A DNA stretch of 64,000 nucleotides from Nostoc sp. DedSLP01 (GTDB lineage Bacteria; Cyanobacteriota; Cyanobacteriia; Cyanobacteriales; Nostocaceae): the NCBI GenBank assembly GCA_034530875.2, contig JAVRCJ020000012.1, positions 32,001 through 96,000 of the forward strand, in the 5' to 3' direction. Both the position numbers and the translations under genes were made by a program. Below, one piece after another: positions 31,748-42,900 of the stretch; position 1 is the first letter of the stretch; every line of letters begins with the position of its first letter. The notes below the pieces were generated by a model. That model made no database searches. It was not told the origin of the DNA and was given only the letters and a program-made list of their open reading frames with translations.

Positions 31748-33010
31748 ATGCTCAATTCTGAAATTGACAAAGACCTGCGGCATAACTTTACTGTCAATAT
31801 TATTGAGAGTGGATTTTTTGGTTTAGGGAGTGGTTTTGCTTCATTTATCACGATAATTCCTCTATTTGTCAGCACTTTCACTACTTCTGCACTACTCATC
31901 GGTTTGATCCCAGCCATTCCCCGCTTAGGCTGCCAACTACCGCAACTATTAATAGCTGATAAAATAGCTTCTCTACAGTGTTACAAACCAACTTTAATGT
32001 TGTTGACAATTCATCAAAAACTTCCTTTTTTGGGATTAGCAGTAGTGGCTTTGTTACAGCTACATCTCAATAGCCAAACAACATTAGAGTTGACATTTGG
32101 CCTACTCATTTGGCAAGGTCTAGGCGGCGGATTTAGCGCCACTGCTTGGCAAAGTATGGTTGCTAAAATTGTTCCCTCCACAAGGCTTGGCATTTTTTAC
32201 GGTGCCATAGCAGCATCCTCTAATCTGATGAGTATTTTTGGTGCTGTGATTGCTGGTTTACTGCTTAAGGAAATCGCCCAACCATTTAACTTTGCTGTGT
32301 GTTTTTTGTGTGCCAGTTTTGCAATGGCTTTATCTTGGTTTTTTATGTCTAGAACGCGGGAACCAGCAAACAACCTATCACCTGTCATCGAATCTAGAAG
32401 TGAGTTTTGGCACAATCTGAGTTTAATTCTCCGACGGGATAAAAATTTCCGTAGTTTTGTGAATGCGCGTATGTTCTCACAGTTAGCAATGATGCCGCTT
32501 CCGTTCTATACACTCTATGCAGTACATCAATATGGGATGGGAGAAGCAGCTGTTGGATTAATTACTAGTTTATTGATGATGACGCAAACTATTGCTGGAT
32601 TAGTTTTAGGTTGGTTAGGCGATCGCATTGGTTACAAGTCCATCTTGGAAATTGGTTGTCTAGTCTCTGCGTTTAGTTCGTTACTAGCTTGTGTAGCACC
32701 AGATGCGTCCTGGTTTTACTTAGTGTTTATCGGAGCAGGGATAGGTACGATCGCTATGCAAAATATTGCTTCTGTAATGACTTTAGAGTTTGGGAACCAG
32801 CGCCAAAAACCGGCCTATATCGGTCTTGGTAATACTCTGGTTGCTCCTGCCACTATCGTTACTTCCCTACTAGGTGGCTGGATGGTGGAGAATTTTGACT
32901 ATAAAACTACCTTCTTGGTAGCAGCGATGGGTGGATTAATTACAGCACTGGTTTTGTATGTAGGAGTACGCGAACCACGCTATCTAGACCAGAATTTTAG
33001 CAATGATTAA
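31748..33010 (+). CDS. MFS transporter
   Basis: About 12 hydrophobic segments; motif GWLGDRIGYK. Confidence 0.88.
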   Translation: MLNSEIDKDLRHNFTVNIIESGFFGLGSGFASFITIIPLFVSTFTTSALLIGLIPAIPRLGCQLPQLLIADKIASLQCYKPTLMLLTIHQKLPFLGLAVVALLQLHLNSQTTLELTFGLLIWQGLGGGFSATAWQSMVAKIVPSTRLGIFYGAIAASSNLMSIFGAVIAGLLLKEIAQPFNFAVCFLCASFAMALSWFFMSRTREPANNLSPVIESRSEFWHNLSLILRRDKNFRSFVNARMFSQLAMMPLPFYTLYAVHQYGMGEAAVGLITSLLMMTQTIAGLVLGWLGDRIGYKSILEIGCLVSAFSSLLACVAPDASWFYLVFIGAGIGTIAMQNIASVMTLEFGNQRQKPAYIGLGNTLVAPATIVTSLLGGWMVENFDYKTTFLVAAMGGLITALVLYVGVREPRYLDQNFSND

Positions 33011-33239
33011 GTTAATGTCTAGCTTGAGCGATATTGATTGGTAATGCTAGTGCGATCGCACTATCCTTCAGACAGGGCGTAGGGTGTTGGGAAAAACTTG
33101 TATATTCTGAGTGGTTATAAAAGTTAATTAATGTTAGTAAAATCAAGCTTTGACAAAAAAGACTATTATTTACTTAATTAACGTTTAATATCACCCAAAA
33201 AAACCTATTTCATCCCTACACCCTATACCCTACACATTT

Positions 33240-35375
33240 TTAATATAAAAGTGTCGCCTTATCCAATTGATTTGAGAGTAAGTATGGTAATTCAATAATG
33301 ACTTCTGTTTGCTTTTTTAATTGAGAAACAACTTTAATATTTCCTTGATGCTTTTGGATAATTTGATAGCAATCAGTTAAACCTAAACCTATACCTTGCC
33401 CCACAGATTTAGTAGTAAAAAATGGGTCAAAAATTTTCGATATATTTTGGCTATCTATACCTATACCATTATCAATAATTTTGATAGTAACGCTATTTTG
33501 ATTATTTTGAGTTTGAATAGTAATTTTTTTGTCAAACTGTTCTCGATGCAATTCCAGAGCATCGATCGCATTTATCAAAACTTGCATAAAAACTTGATTT
33601 ATTTGTCGAGAATAACACTCAATTAAAGGTAAATCTTCATACTGTTTAATTATTTTGATAACTGGAAAATCATCGTGAGGGTTGAGGCGATGCTGTAGTA
33701 GCAATAAAGCACTATCAATTCCTTGATGGATGTTAACTTTTTTAATTTCAGCTTCATCATGGCGAGAAAAATTTCTCAATGATAAAATAATATTTTGAAT
33801 TCGATTAGCACCTTTATCCATAGAAGCTATAATTTGCGGTAAATCTTTGATTAAGTAATCGAGTTCAATTTGTTCTGCATAACTTTGAATCTCAGGGTTA
33901 GAACAGCATTCCTGATAGCGATAAATGAGATTAAATAAATCTTGAGTATAATTATTAACGTGGGCAAGATTAGCGTAAATAAAATTAATTGGATTATTAA
34001 TTTCGTGAGCGATACCAGCAACTATATTACCTAATGCTGACATTTTTTCTGTTTGAATTAACTGCGATTCAGCCATTTTTAAATTATGTAGTGCTGTATG
34101 CAATTGTTCAGTTTTAATCTCTAGCTCCTGATTTTTTTCTAAAAGCTCTATTGTCCTCTTTTGCACTCGTTCTTCTAATGTTTGACGAGCTAGTTCTAAT
34201 TCTTGAGTGCGTTCTGCAACCCTGTACTCTAGGTTATTAATTAAGGTCGTCAGAGAGCTAGCCATTTCTTGATAAGCATTAGCTAACTGCCCAATTTCAC
34301 CACCATTTTTAATATTAGGAATTGGATTACTTAAATCACCTGCTGCTAAAGTTTTACTACGGTCTGCAAGTTGAATAATTGGTTTACTAATTTGTCGAGC
34401 AAGGAAATGAGCAATTAACACTGACAAGAGGACTGCTAAACTTAACCCAAGCCAAATTAAACGGCTCATAGTTAGCTTGGCCTCTTGAAAGTATTTGGCG
34501 ATAATTTGAATTTTGACAATAGCTATAGGCCGATCGCCAGAATATATAGGGGCATAAATTGTATGCAATCCTGTCTCTGGCTGAATACGATAGAATGAGC
34601 GTCTTTGAAAAATTTTTGGTAAAATTTTAGAAGCAAAATAAGATTTTTCCCAAGTATCAGGTTTGAAATCAGAACTACTAGAGACAGAAAAGTTACCATT
34701 TAAAGAAATTATTTTTAGTTTAGTTGTTGGTTGCGAATAATTTAAAAATTGTCGCAACCATAGTTTATCCAGTAACTGTCCTGTAATTAAAGTTCCGGAT
34801 GGATTTCCAGTTCCATCAGTTCGGTAAATTGGTGAGCTTACCAACAATAATAGTCCTTGCGCTCCTGTATCAATTAACTCCTGAGATAACTTATTATTCT
34901 GATTAAAATATTTAATTTTTGCTTGTACTGCTGGAAGACTTAATAGTTGACTTCCAGATTCACTAATAATTTTTCCATCTGGAGACTTAATTACTCTAAC
35001 TATATCGATATCAGTACTGAATAAAAGTTGTTGAGAAACTTCTTTTTCGATCCATATCCGATTCTGATTTTGAACTGCATTGTACAGATCTGTCCAGTTA
35101 GCATAACCAGAAATTAAATTTTGTAGCCCTTTTTCTGTAGCAGATTTGTAACCACCAAAAGCTAGAACTTGGTCGTCAAGTCGATTTTTTTCCAATTTAA
35201 TTAGTGGCTTCTCTACTAATTGCCAAACGACACTGCATAAAACGAAAACTGGTACTAACGATGCTCCAAATGTAAAAACTAAAATTTTTGTTTGAAGTTT
35301 TTGCAAAAATTTTAGTTTTTTAAGGTTTATCATCCAGAACTGCCTTTGACTAATTATCTTGGATTTTGAACGCAT
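33240..35375 (-). CDS. Membrane sensor histidine kinase (CHASE4-like-HAMP-HisKA-HATPase)
   Basis: TM, YANWTDLY (CHASE4-like), TM, HAMP (GEIGQLA), AHEINNP, DPFFTTK. Confidence 0.85.
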   Translation of the reverse strand: MRSKSKIISQRQFWMINLKKLKFLQKLQTKILVFTFGASLVPVFVLCSVVWQLVEKPLIKLEKNRLDDQVLAFGGYKSATEKGLQNLISGYANWTDLYNAVQNQNRIWIEKEVSQQLLFSTDIDIVRVIKSPDGKIISESGSQLLSLPAVQAKIKYFNQNNKLSQELIDTGAQGLLLLVSSPIYRTDGTGNPSGTLITGQLLDKLWLRQFLNYSQPTTKLKIISLNGNFSVSSSSDFKPDTWEKSYFASKILPKIFQRRSFYRIQPETGLHTIYAPIYSGDRPIAIVKIQIIAKYFQEAKLTMSRLIWLGLSLAVLLSVLIAHFLARQISKPIIQLADRSKTLAAGDLSNPIPNIKNGGEIGQLANAYQEMASSLTTLINNLEYRVAERTQELELARQTLEERVQKRTIELLEKNQELEIKTEQLHTALHNLKMAESQLIQTEKMSALGNIVAGIAHEINNPINFIYANLAHVNNYTQDLFNLIYRYQECCSNPEIQSYAEQIELDYLIKDLPQIIASMDKGANRIQNIILSLRNFSRHDEAEIKKVNIHQGIDSALLLLQHRLNPHDDFPVIKIIKQYEDLPLIECYSRQINQVFMQVLINAIDALELHREQFDKKITIQTQNNQNSVTIKIIDNGIGIDSQNISKIFDPFFTTKSVGQGIGLGLTDCYQIIQKHQGNIKVVSQLKKQTEVIIELPYLLSNQLDKATLLY

Positions 35376-35535
35376 TTAATTTCGGCAACACAGATGCCAC
35401 CTTAACTAACTTTTACTACCAACCAAGTGGATTAGTAGCATTCATCGCTTCGGCTTTGCGAGCAATTCGTAATCTCAACTCCCTGCTGAGTCGAAGTGTT
35501 AATCTATAATTCCCAAAATCTGCTTGCTTATAAAG

Positions 35536-35612
35536 CAATACCCTTGGGTTAAAAAACTTCCTGGGTGCAACGCAACAGAGGGAAGAAAAATAGGCTTATC
35601 TGAACTGTATTA
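35536..35612. mobile_element. Short MITE, CAATAC...GTATT family
   Basis: Ends CAATACCCTTGGGTTAA / TTATCTGAACTGTATTA; flanks GCTTATAAAG / GCTTATAAAC. Confidence 0.55.
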
Positions 35613-35787
35613 GCTTATAAACTTTAGTCCCCAGTTGCATGATTAGCGACTGAAGACATGAATTGTCGCGCTATGGGGAAATGTTGTAGACGTGGAGATC
35701 GGGAGTTGGAGCGATCGCCTCGCACCGAAGTATCATTTTTAGCTCTACTTGCCATCTATATCAATCTTAAGATAAAGCCCTATAAGG

Positions 35788-35885
35788 TAATACCGTTGAG
35801 TTAAGCTTTTTTCTCTCCCCTGCCTCCTCTGCCTCCTCTGCCCCCCTGCCTGCCCGAACAAATAAATTCCTTAACCCAAGCGTTG
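35788..35885. mobile_element. Short MITE of the same family, with a 10-bp target duplication
   Basis: TAATACCGTTGAGTTAAG...CTTAACCCAAGCGTTG flanked by CCCTATAAGG at 35778-35787 and 35886-35895. Confidence 0.6.
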
Positions 35886-36271
35886 CCCTATAAGGGTGTA
35901 GCCGAAAAACTTATTAAAATCTCAATCTCAGCACTTGTGTCTATTTATTTAAGCTAAAAGCAAAGTGTTTTGGGGCGAAAAGCCCGAACATTTGAATTTA
36001 ATTGATTAAGTCATCAATCTTTAGATAGAAATATTTTTAAATTTATTTTTTTAATAAAACTTCAATGTTTTATTAAATGTTCGTTATCGATGATAGGCAG
36101 GAGTTAGATGAATTTTAGATTAATTTTTATATTTTTTCTTGAGTGAAATTAAATTATTTTGATTTCAAAGATTACTAATAATACTTCTAAAGAAGAATAG
36201 TCTTATTTTTGATGCTTGAGTATAAATAATAATGTTGCCTATTTTCCATATTAAATTTTCAATTTACTCAA

Positions 36272-38377
36272 ATGCTGAGTCTGCTCTTAATCGATGATAA
36301 CGAACAAGATAGAGCTTTAGTCATCCGCAAACTGAAGTCAGAATTTTCTGAAATTCAAATTGAACAGGTTGCAACAGCAAAACAATTTCAGCAAGCAATA
36401 GAAGCAGGTAACTTTGAGTTTGTCATCACTGACTATAGTCTACGTTGGAGTGATGGATTGACTATCTTACATGAAATTAAATCTCGCTACCCCAATTGTC
36501 CAGTCATTATGTTTACTGGTAGCGGCTCTCAAGAGATTGCTGTCGAAGCGATGAAAGCGGGGCTAGATGACTATATTATCAAATCAATAAAACATTATGT
36601 CCGTCTGCCAGTAGCTATTCGTTCAATTTTGCAAAGATTAGAGCAAAAGCAAGCAGCTGAAAACACTCTTGCCGAACAAGCTCAATTGTTAGACCTGGTG
36701 GATGAAGCTATTTTTGTCCGTAATGCCAGCAATGCAATTACATATTGGAATCGTAGTGCCGAACAACTGTACGGTTGGACAAGTAAAGAAGCACTAGGAA
36801 AGATGCCTCATGTTTTATTACAAACAGAATTTCCATCAACGTGTCCTAATATCGATAAAATCTTGTGCGAGCAAAATAATTGGTCAGGCGAACTGACACA
36901 AACGCAACGAGATGGAACCCAAATTATTGTTGAAAGCCGTCAGGTTTTAATGCGAGATCCACAAGGTTGGCCAAAAGGAGTTTTGGAAGTCAATCGTAAT
37001 ATTACCCAACGCAAACAAGCTGAAAAACAATTATTCCAAAGTGCGTTTTACGATGCACTTACAGGTTTAGCAAACCGAGCCTTATTTATGGAGCGTTTAA
37101 AACATGCGCTCCTACAAACCAAACGGCAGGAAAATTATTTGTTTGCAGTGCTGTTTTTAGATCTAGATCGGTTTAAAGCGATCAATGATAGTCTGGGACA
37201 CATCAAAGGCGATCGATTTTTGATTGTAACTGCAAACAGACTATCGAAATGTATCCGGTCAACAGATACAGCAGCACGGCTGGGTGGAGATGAATTTACA
37301 ATCTTGGTGGATGGAATTCAAGATGTGTCAGACGCCATTAAAGTAGCAGGACGGATTCAAGAGGAACTGGCATTACCTTTCAATTTGGACTCTCAAGAAG
37401 TTTTCACAACGGCAAGTATTGGTATTGCTTTAAGTTCGACAGTAAACTACGAGCAACCAGAAGAAATACTCAGAGATGCTGACACAGCCATGTACAAAGC
37501 CAAGGCATTGGGTAAGGCACGCTTTGAATTATTCAACTCTGATATGTATGCTTCAGCTCTGGCAAGATTGCAGTTAGAAAGGGATATGCGTCGAGCAATT
37601 GAACGCAATGAGTTTGTAGTTTATTACCAACCAATTGTTTCCCTCAATACTGGTTGTATTTTGGGTTTTGAGGCACTGCTGCGCTGGCAGCATCCAGAAC
37701 GTGGTTTGCTCAATCCTACTGATTTTATTACCTTAGCTGAAGAAACTGGACTAATTATCCAAATTGGTTACTGGGTACTGTATCAAGCGTGTTGCCAAAT
37801 GCAACATTGGCGAGATAAGTATTGTATTACTTCCCTAGAAAAAATTAGCGTTAATCTTTCTATTAAACAATTTTCCCAGCCAGATTTAATTGACCGTATT
37901 TCTCAAATATTGGCTGCAACTGGTCTTGATGCTAAGAGTTTAATACTAGAGATTACTGAAAGCGCAATTGTCAAAAATTCTCAGGCAATAGCCACACTTT
38001 CCCAATTTCGAGATTTAGGAATTGAATTCTCAATTGATGACTTTGGTATCGGCTATTTTTCTTTAGAACATCTTTATACACTTCCAATTAGTATATTAAA
38101 AATTGACCGTTATTTTATTAATGCGATCGCTCGAGATAAAAGGAGTTTAGAAATTGTTGAAATTATCATTTCTTTGGCACATAAGCTAGGTGTAAGTGTG
38201 ACTGTTGAAGGAGTAGAAACACAAGAACAATTAGGAGTTATCAAAAATTTGAATTGTGAGTATGCCCAAGGCTATTTTTTCTCAGAACCATTGGATAATT
38301 TAGCTGCAATAGAATTAATTAATCTTCAAAAAAATCATTTTTTAGCGTCCCAGTATAGTTATACTATTTCTCCATGA
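36272..38377 (+). CDS. REC-PAS-GGDEF-EAL diguanylate cyclase/phosphodiesterase
   Basis: Receiver (DY, AMKAGLDDY), PAS, RLGGDEF, EALLRW, DDFGIGY, EGVE. Confidence 0.93.
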   Translation: MLSLLLIDDNEQDRALVIRKLKSEFSEIQIEQVATAKQFQQAIEAGNFEFVITDYSLRWSDGLTILHEIKSRYPNCPVIMFTGSGSQEIAVEAMKAGLDDYIIKSIKHYVRLPVAIRSILQRLEQKQAAENTLAEQAQLLDLVDEAIFVRNASNAITYWNRSAEQLYGWTSKEALGKMPHVLLQTEFPSTCPNIDKILCEQNNWSGELTQTQRDGTQIIVESRQVLMRDPQGWPKGVLEVNRNITQRKQAEKQLFQSAFYDALTGLANRALFMERLKHALLQTKRQENYLFAVLFLDLDRFKAINDSLGHIKGDRFLIVTANRLSKCIRSTDTAARLGGDEFTILVDGIQDVSDAIKVAGRIQEELALPFNLDSQEVFTTASIGIALSSTVNYEQPEEILRDADTAMYKAKALGKARFELFNSDMYASALARLQLERDMRRAIERNEFVVYYQPIVSLNTGCILGFEALLRWQHPERGLLNPTDFITLAEETGLIIQIGYWVLYQACCQMQHWRDKYCITSLEKISVNLSIKQFSQPDLIDRISQILAATGLDAKSLILEITESAIVKNSQAIATLSQFRDLGIEFSIDDFGIGYFSLEHLYTLPISILKIDRYFINAIARDKRSLEIVEIIISLAHKLGVSVTVEGVETQEQLGVIKNLNCEYAQGYFFSEPLDNLAAIELINLQKNHFLASQYSYTISP

Positions 38378-38403
38378 AGTAAATCTTAATTAAGTTGCTT
38401 TAA

Positions 38404-38740
38404 GTCAACTTAACGCAAAAGGGGCGGTTAGAAACCGCACGCCAGTTGCTACCCTGCGGGAACGCTTTCAGCGAACAAGTCGGCAGAGCCGACGACAGTC
38501 GCCTCAAGTCGGGAAACCCGCCCACGGCGCTGTCTCCCCAACGCACTGGCTCGTCTACACAAACTATCACCCACCTGCGTGGGTTTCAAAACCTTAATTT
38601 TCCCTTAGTCCGCGTGGTGCGCCAAGCCGCAGGGTAGGGTAGCAAGTGGCGCGCGAATTCTATTCGCTTAAGTTGACACCAATGCACAGCTGTAAAGCCC
38701 CTACGAATCGGCGTATTTTACCGAATTGAGAACCGCTATA
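38404..38740. repeat. Inner GTCAACTTAA element with nested short dispersed repeats, plus the right 55-bp inverted-repeat arm
   Basis: Shares GTCAACTTAACGCAAAA and GGGTAGCAAGTGGCGCGCGAATTCTATTCGC with 31141-31207; right arm is 38686-38740. Confidence 0.85.
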
Positions 38741-39139
38741 TTTTAAGCTTGCCAGGCCAGTACGGCATCAATTAACGATTAGGTACATTAGGCTATGTTG
38801 TAAAAGGTGTCTGTACGCTTTCGCACGTTAAACAATTTGAATTATTCTAAATAGATTTTTATTATTTAAATCTTTAAAATTCCAATAAATATTTAGATGA
38901 AAAATAATCTTTCTCAGTAATTTCCACATTGTTAAGAAACGTTAAACGTTTTACCTTTTCAAAAGGAAACAAAACGTCAAAGTTTATTTTGTAATTTATA
39001 GCAGGAGGCAGGAGGCAGGAGGGAAAGTCTTACTATTCCCAGCATTCAAGCTTTGAAAATGTCCTAACATATCTGGCTACAGCTATATTGTTAATTTTTT
39101 TGTTTCTGCAATCTAATATAGTAAATTATCTGAAACTAT

Positions 39140-39526
39140 ATGCGAACTGCTTTAATAATTAGTAGCGACTTAAATAATGTAGAAAAATTAAGCCATTACT
39201 TGGAGGAAAATGGTTATCTCGCCAGCCATTTTTTTAACGATGATACAATACAAGAAATAATAAATTTATCAAAACCTAATTTGATTTTTATAGATATAAT
39301 TTTACAAAAAAGAAGTGGTTTTGAGGTCTGTCGTAAATTAAAAAGCAATCCTAAGGCCAGAAAAATACCAGTTGTAATTATTTCATCGGGAGATAATAAT
39401 ATTGGGCAGACATGGGGGACAATGTTAGAGGCTGAAGCTTATTTACTTAAGCCAATAGATAAAGAGCAGGTAGCAGCAGTATTACAACAATTAACGCTTA
39501 AAAAAGTTGAAACATCAGCTAACTAG
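39140..39526 (+). CDS. Single-domain response regulator (PilH/CheY-like, divergent N-terminal acidic pocket)
   Basis: PNLIFIDIIL...GFEVCRKLK...YLLKP. Confidence 0.8.
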   Translation: MRTALIISSDLNNVEKLSHYLEENGYLASHFFNDDTIQEIINLSKPNLIFIDIILQKRSGFEVCRKLKSNPKARKIPVVIISSGDNNIGQTWGTMLEAEAYLLKPIDKEQVAAVLQQLTLKKVETSAN

Positions 39527-39974
39527 GTTCCAATCGAGGGGGACGGTTAAACATCACCCAAAATAAACCAAGGGAGCGCGCCATTTCTAATAAGGTGTTT
39601 GTGTCGGGTGGTTTGACTAAATAAGAGTTGGCTCCTAAAGAATAAGCGCGATCGATATCAATTTGTTGCTCAGATGATGTCAATACTACTACTGGCAGAT
39701 GTTTGATGTTTGACTCATTTCTGAGCCAAGTTAAAACCTCGAAGCCAGAATAGCGTGGCAGTTTGAGGTCGAGCAGTATGAGAATCGGAATCGGATAGCG
39801 ATCGCGGTCTTGATAAATGCTTTGTCCGCTAAGATAGTGAATCGCTTGTTCGCCATCGCTAACTACTTCTAAAGCGCTGGTTGCATTTGCTTTTTGAAAG
39901 GCTCTTTGAATTCTAAACACATCAGCGCGTTCGTCTTCTACCAGCAAAATGGTCGCATTGTAATAACTGTTCAT
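39519..39974 (-). CDS. Rcp1-type single-domain response regulator
   Basis: LLVED, LLDLKLPR, VVLTSS, GANSYLVKP; overlaps the upstream kinase stop (ATGA). Confidence 0.9.
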   Translation of the reverse strand: MNSYYNATILLVEDERADVFRIQRAFQKANATSALEVVSDGEQAIHYLSGQSIYQDRDRYPIPILILLDLKLPRYSGFEVLTWLRNESNIKHLPVVVLTSSEQQIDIDRAYSLGANSYLVKPPDTNTLLEMARSLGLFWVMFNRPPRLEPS

Positions 39975-42900
39975 TCGATCCCCTGCAATTCAATCCAAAA
40001 TCGACTTCCCTGACCAGAAGCAGACTCTACGCCTGCTTGTCCTCCCAGACGTTCTGCTCCTTTACGCACAATTGCCAATCCAATTCCCGTACCCGGGTAA
40101 GCCTCAATGCCGTGCAGACGCTCAAAAACGCCAAATATCTGCTGTTGATGGGCTACTTGAATACCAATACCATTGTCTTCTACCCACAAACGCACCCAAT
40201 TTTCGTGGGTTTGAAACCAAATTTTTATCTGTGGTTGAATGCCTGGGGCGACAAACTTCATAGCATTTGACAATAAATTGACAACCATTTGTACCAGAAC
40301 CGAACGCTGTCCCAAGACTACGGGTAAATCTGTTGCAACGGTGATTTCCGCTTGGGAATCCCGTATGTCTGCTTCTAGTTGGGCTTGCGCTTCTGTCAAA
40401 ATCTGAGTTAAGCGCACGGGGGTTAGCCGAATCTGCTCGCGGCTGAGGCGGCTATATGCCAGCAGATCGCTAATTAGTTCGTTCATGCGCTCGATGCCTT
40501 GAACGATGTAATCAATGTACTCTTGAGCAGTTTCATCGAGGCGTTCGCCATAATCGTCAACCAAAGCTTCAGCAAAGCCTTGAATTCCTCGCAACGGTGC
40601 CCGCAAATCGTGAGCTACAGTGTAGGAAAAAGCTTCTAAATCTTTGTTGGCTTCCCGAAGTTGGGCAGTGCGTTCTTCAACTCGTTGTTCCAGGGTGGTG
40701 TTTAGTTGCAAAAGCTCGGCTTCTGCTGTTTTGCGGTTAGTGATGTCGGAACGCACAGCGATGTACTGATAGGGTTTACCTGTGGCATCTAGAAATGGCA
40801 CGATTGTGGTGGCAACCCAATAAAATGTACCATCCTTGGCGCGATTTTTAATTTCTCCTTGCCATACTTCTCCGTTGCTAATGGTTTTCCATAACTGCCG
40901 GAAAAATTCTTTGGGGTGGTAGCCGGAGTTAATAATCCGATGGTTTTGCCCAATTAATTCTTCTTTGGAGTACTGGGAAAGCTCGCAGAATTTATCGTTG
41001 ACATAAGTAATAGTTCCTTGGGTATCGGTAATGGCAACAATCGAGGAGCGATCGAGGGCAAACTTAAAGTCTGCCAGGTCTTTCAATGAGTTCTGTAATG
41101 CCATTTCTGAGCGTTTGCGCTCGGTAATATCCAAAAACACGCCAATGCTGCCTCTGGTTTGTCTGCGTTCGTCAAACAAAGGGGCAGCGTACTCTAAGAG
41201 TGTGAGTGTTGTGCCATCATTCCAAACCACATCGATTTCAAAATCTCGAACTTCAATTCCTTGTGCGGCTGCAAGTTGCAAAGGCAAATCTTCGGGAGCA
41301 AGTTGGCGATGATTTTGATAAATTTGAAAGTTTGTTGGGCGATCGCCTTCTGGAGCGCTTAAAGAAGCATTGGCATTTGGCGAAATAGCTAACATTTGAG
41401 CAAAGGCTGAGTTAACCCGAATCTTTTCACATTGCGGATCTTCAGCAATGCCAATACCAATGGGAATAACTTCTAATAGTGTTTGAGATTCTGCCAACTG
41501 CCTTTCGAGTTCTTGGTTTAAGTTCAAAATTTCTTGCTCGGCTTGTTTGCGATCGCTAATATCAACTAAGTTGACAATTCGGTAAGGTAAATTAGGCTCA
41601 TCGTCAACCATTGTAATATCCAGCAAGACTGGAAAGACGCTTCCATCTTTACGAATGTGAAATGACTCAAGCGTTAGATGTTCCACCTGATTGAGTTGTT
41701 GGATAAACTCCATTGTCTGTGTATGAATTTCTGGTGGAAATAAATCGAGGATCTGAGTGCCTGTCAGTTCTTCTACTGAGTAACCGTGTATCCGGGCAAA
41801 GGCAGGATTCACCCTCTCTAATACTGCTCCCCGGCTAATCGCTAACCCATGTTGGGCAAATTGAAAAATGTCTTTGTACTTCTGTAAATCAGCTTCGGCT
41901 TGTTTGCGCTCGGTGATATCTCGATTCACTTCTAAAAAACCACAGGGATTGCCTTGCTCGTCTCGGATTAGCACCTGACGGCTGTCAACAATAATTTGTT
42001 GACCATGTTTGCAGGTGTGGGTTAATTCTCCTTGCCACCGTTCCTGTTCTAAGAGTATCCGGTCAAGATTGCTGGCTAACTCTGGGGGTTGGGTTTGGAG
42101 GAATGTGTGGGTGATATGTCCCATCGCTTCTGGGGGCGTCCAGCCATATTTAGCTTCTGCGCCCCGGTTCCAATAGGTAATTGCACCTCGTTCGTCTCGG
42201 ACAAAGATGGCCTCGCTAGTCAATTCCAGCAAATCAGCTTGTCGCTGTACAAGTTTCGTTTGTTTTGCTAGCTCGTCTTCGGCTTGCTTGGGAACTGTAA
42301 CATCTCGCGCCACGGCATATATTAAGTCGTTCTCAGAAACTGCAACCGATTTCCAAGATAACCACTTGTATGACCCATCTTTGCAGCGATAGCGATTTTC
42401 AAAAATTGCTGAGGCATTATTATCCGCCGCATAACGTTCGACCTCTTGGCGAGTTCTTTCTAAATCTTCAGGATGCACGAAGCTGTAAAAGGGTTGGGCT
42501 AAAATTTCTGCCTGAGTGTAGCCGAGAACTTTTTCCCAAGCAGGGTTGACTTGTTTGAAATAACCATCGATGCCAGCGACGCACATCATATCCAGAGAAA
42601 GCACAAAGAAGCGATCGCGTTCTTCTTGAGCAACTTTGCTGTCTGTGATGTCAAACAGAATGCCGCGACAACAAACCGCTTCTCCAACTTCGTTGTAAAA
42701 GAAACGCCCAATGGATTTGAGCCATCTTAATTGGTCGTTGTTAGGGTCGATAATGCGATATTCAAAACTCAAAATTTGGCGATCGCGTTTGGCTCGTTCT
42801 TCGATTTGCCTGACTTGCTCTAAATCCTCTGGATAAATTCGGTTACGCCACATCTTGATGGTTGCTTCCCCGCTAGAAACTAGGTCATACCCCATCAAGT

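Noticed and set aside
38446..38637. 63-aa ORF
   Set aside because: Lies wholly within nested short dispersed repeats
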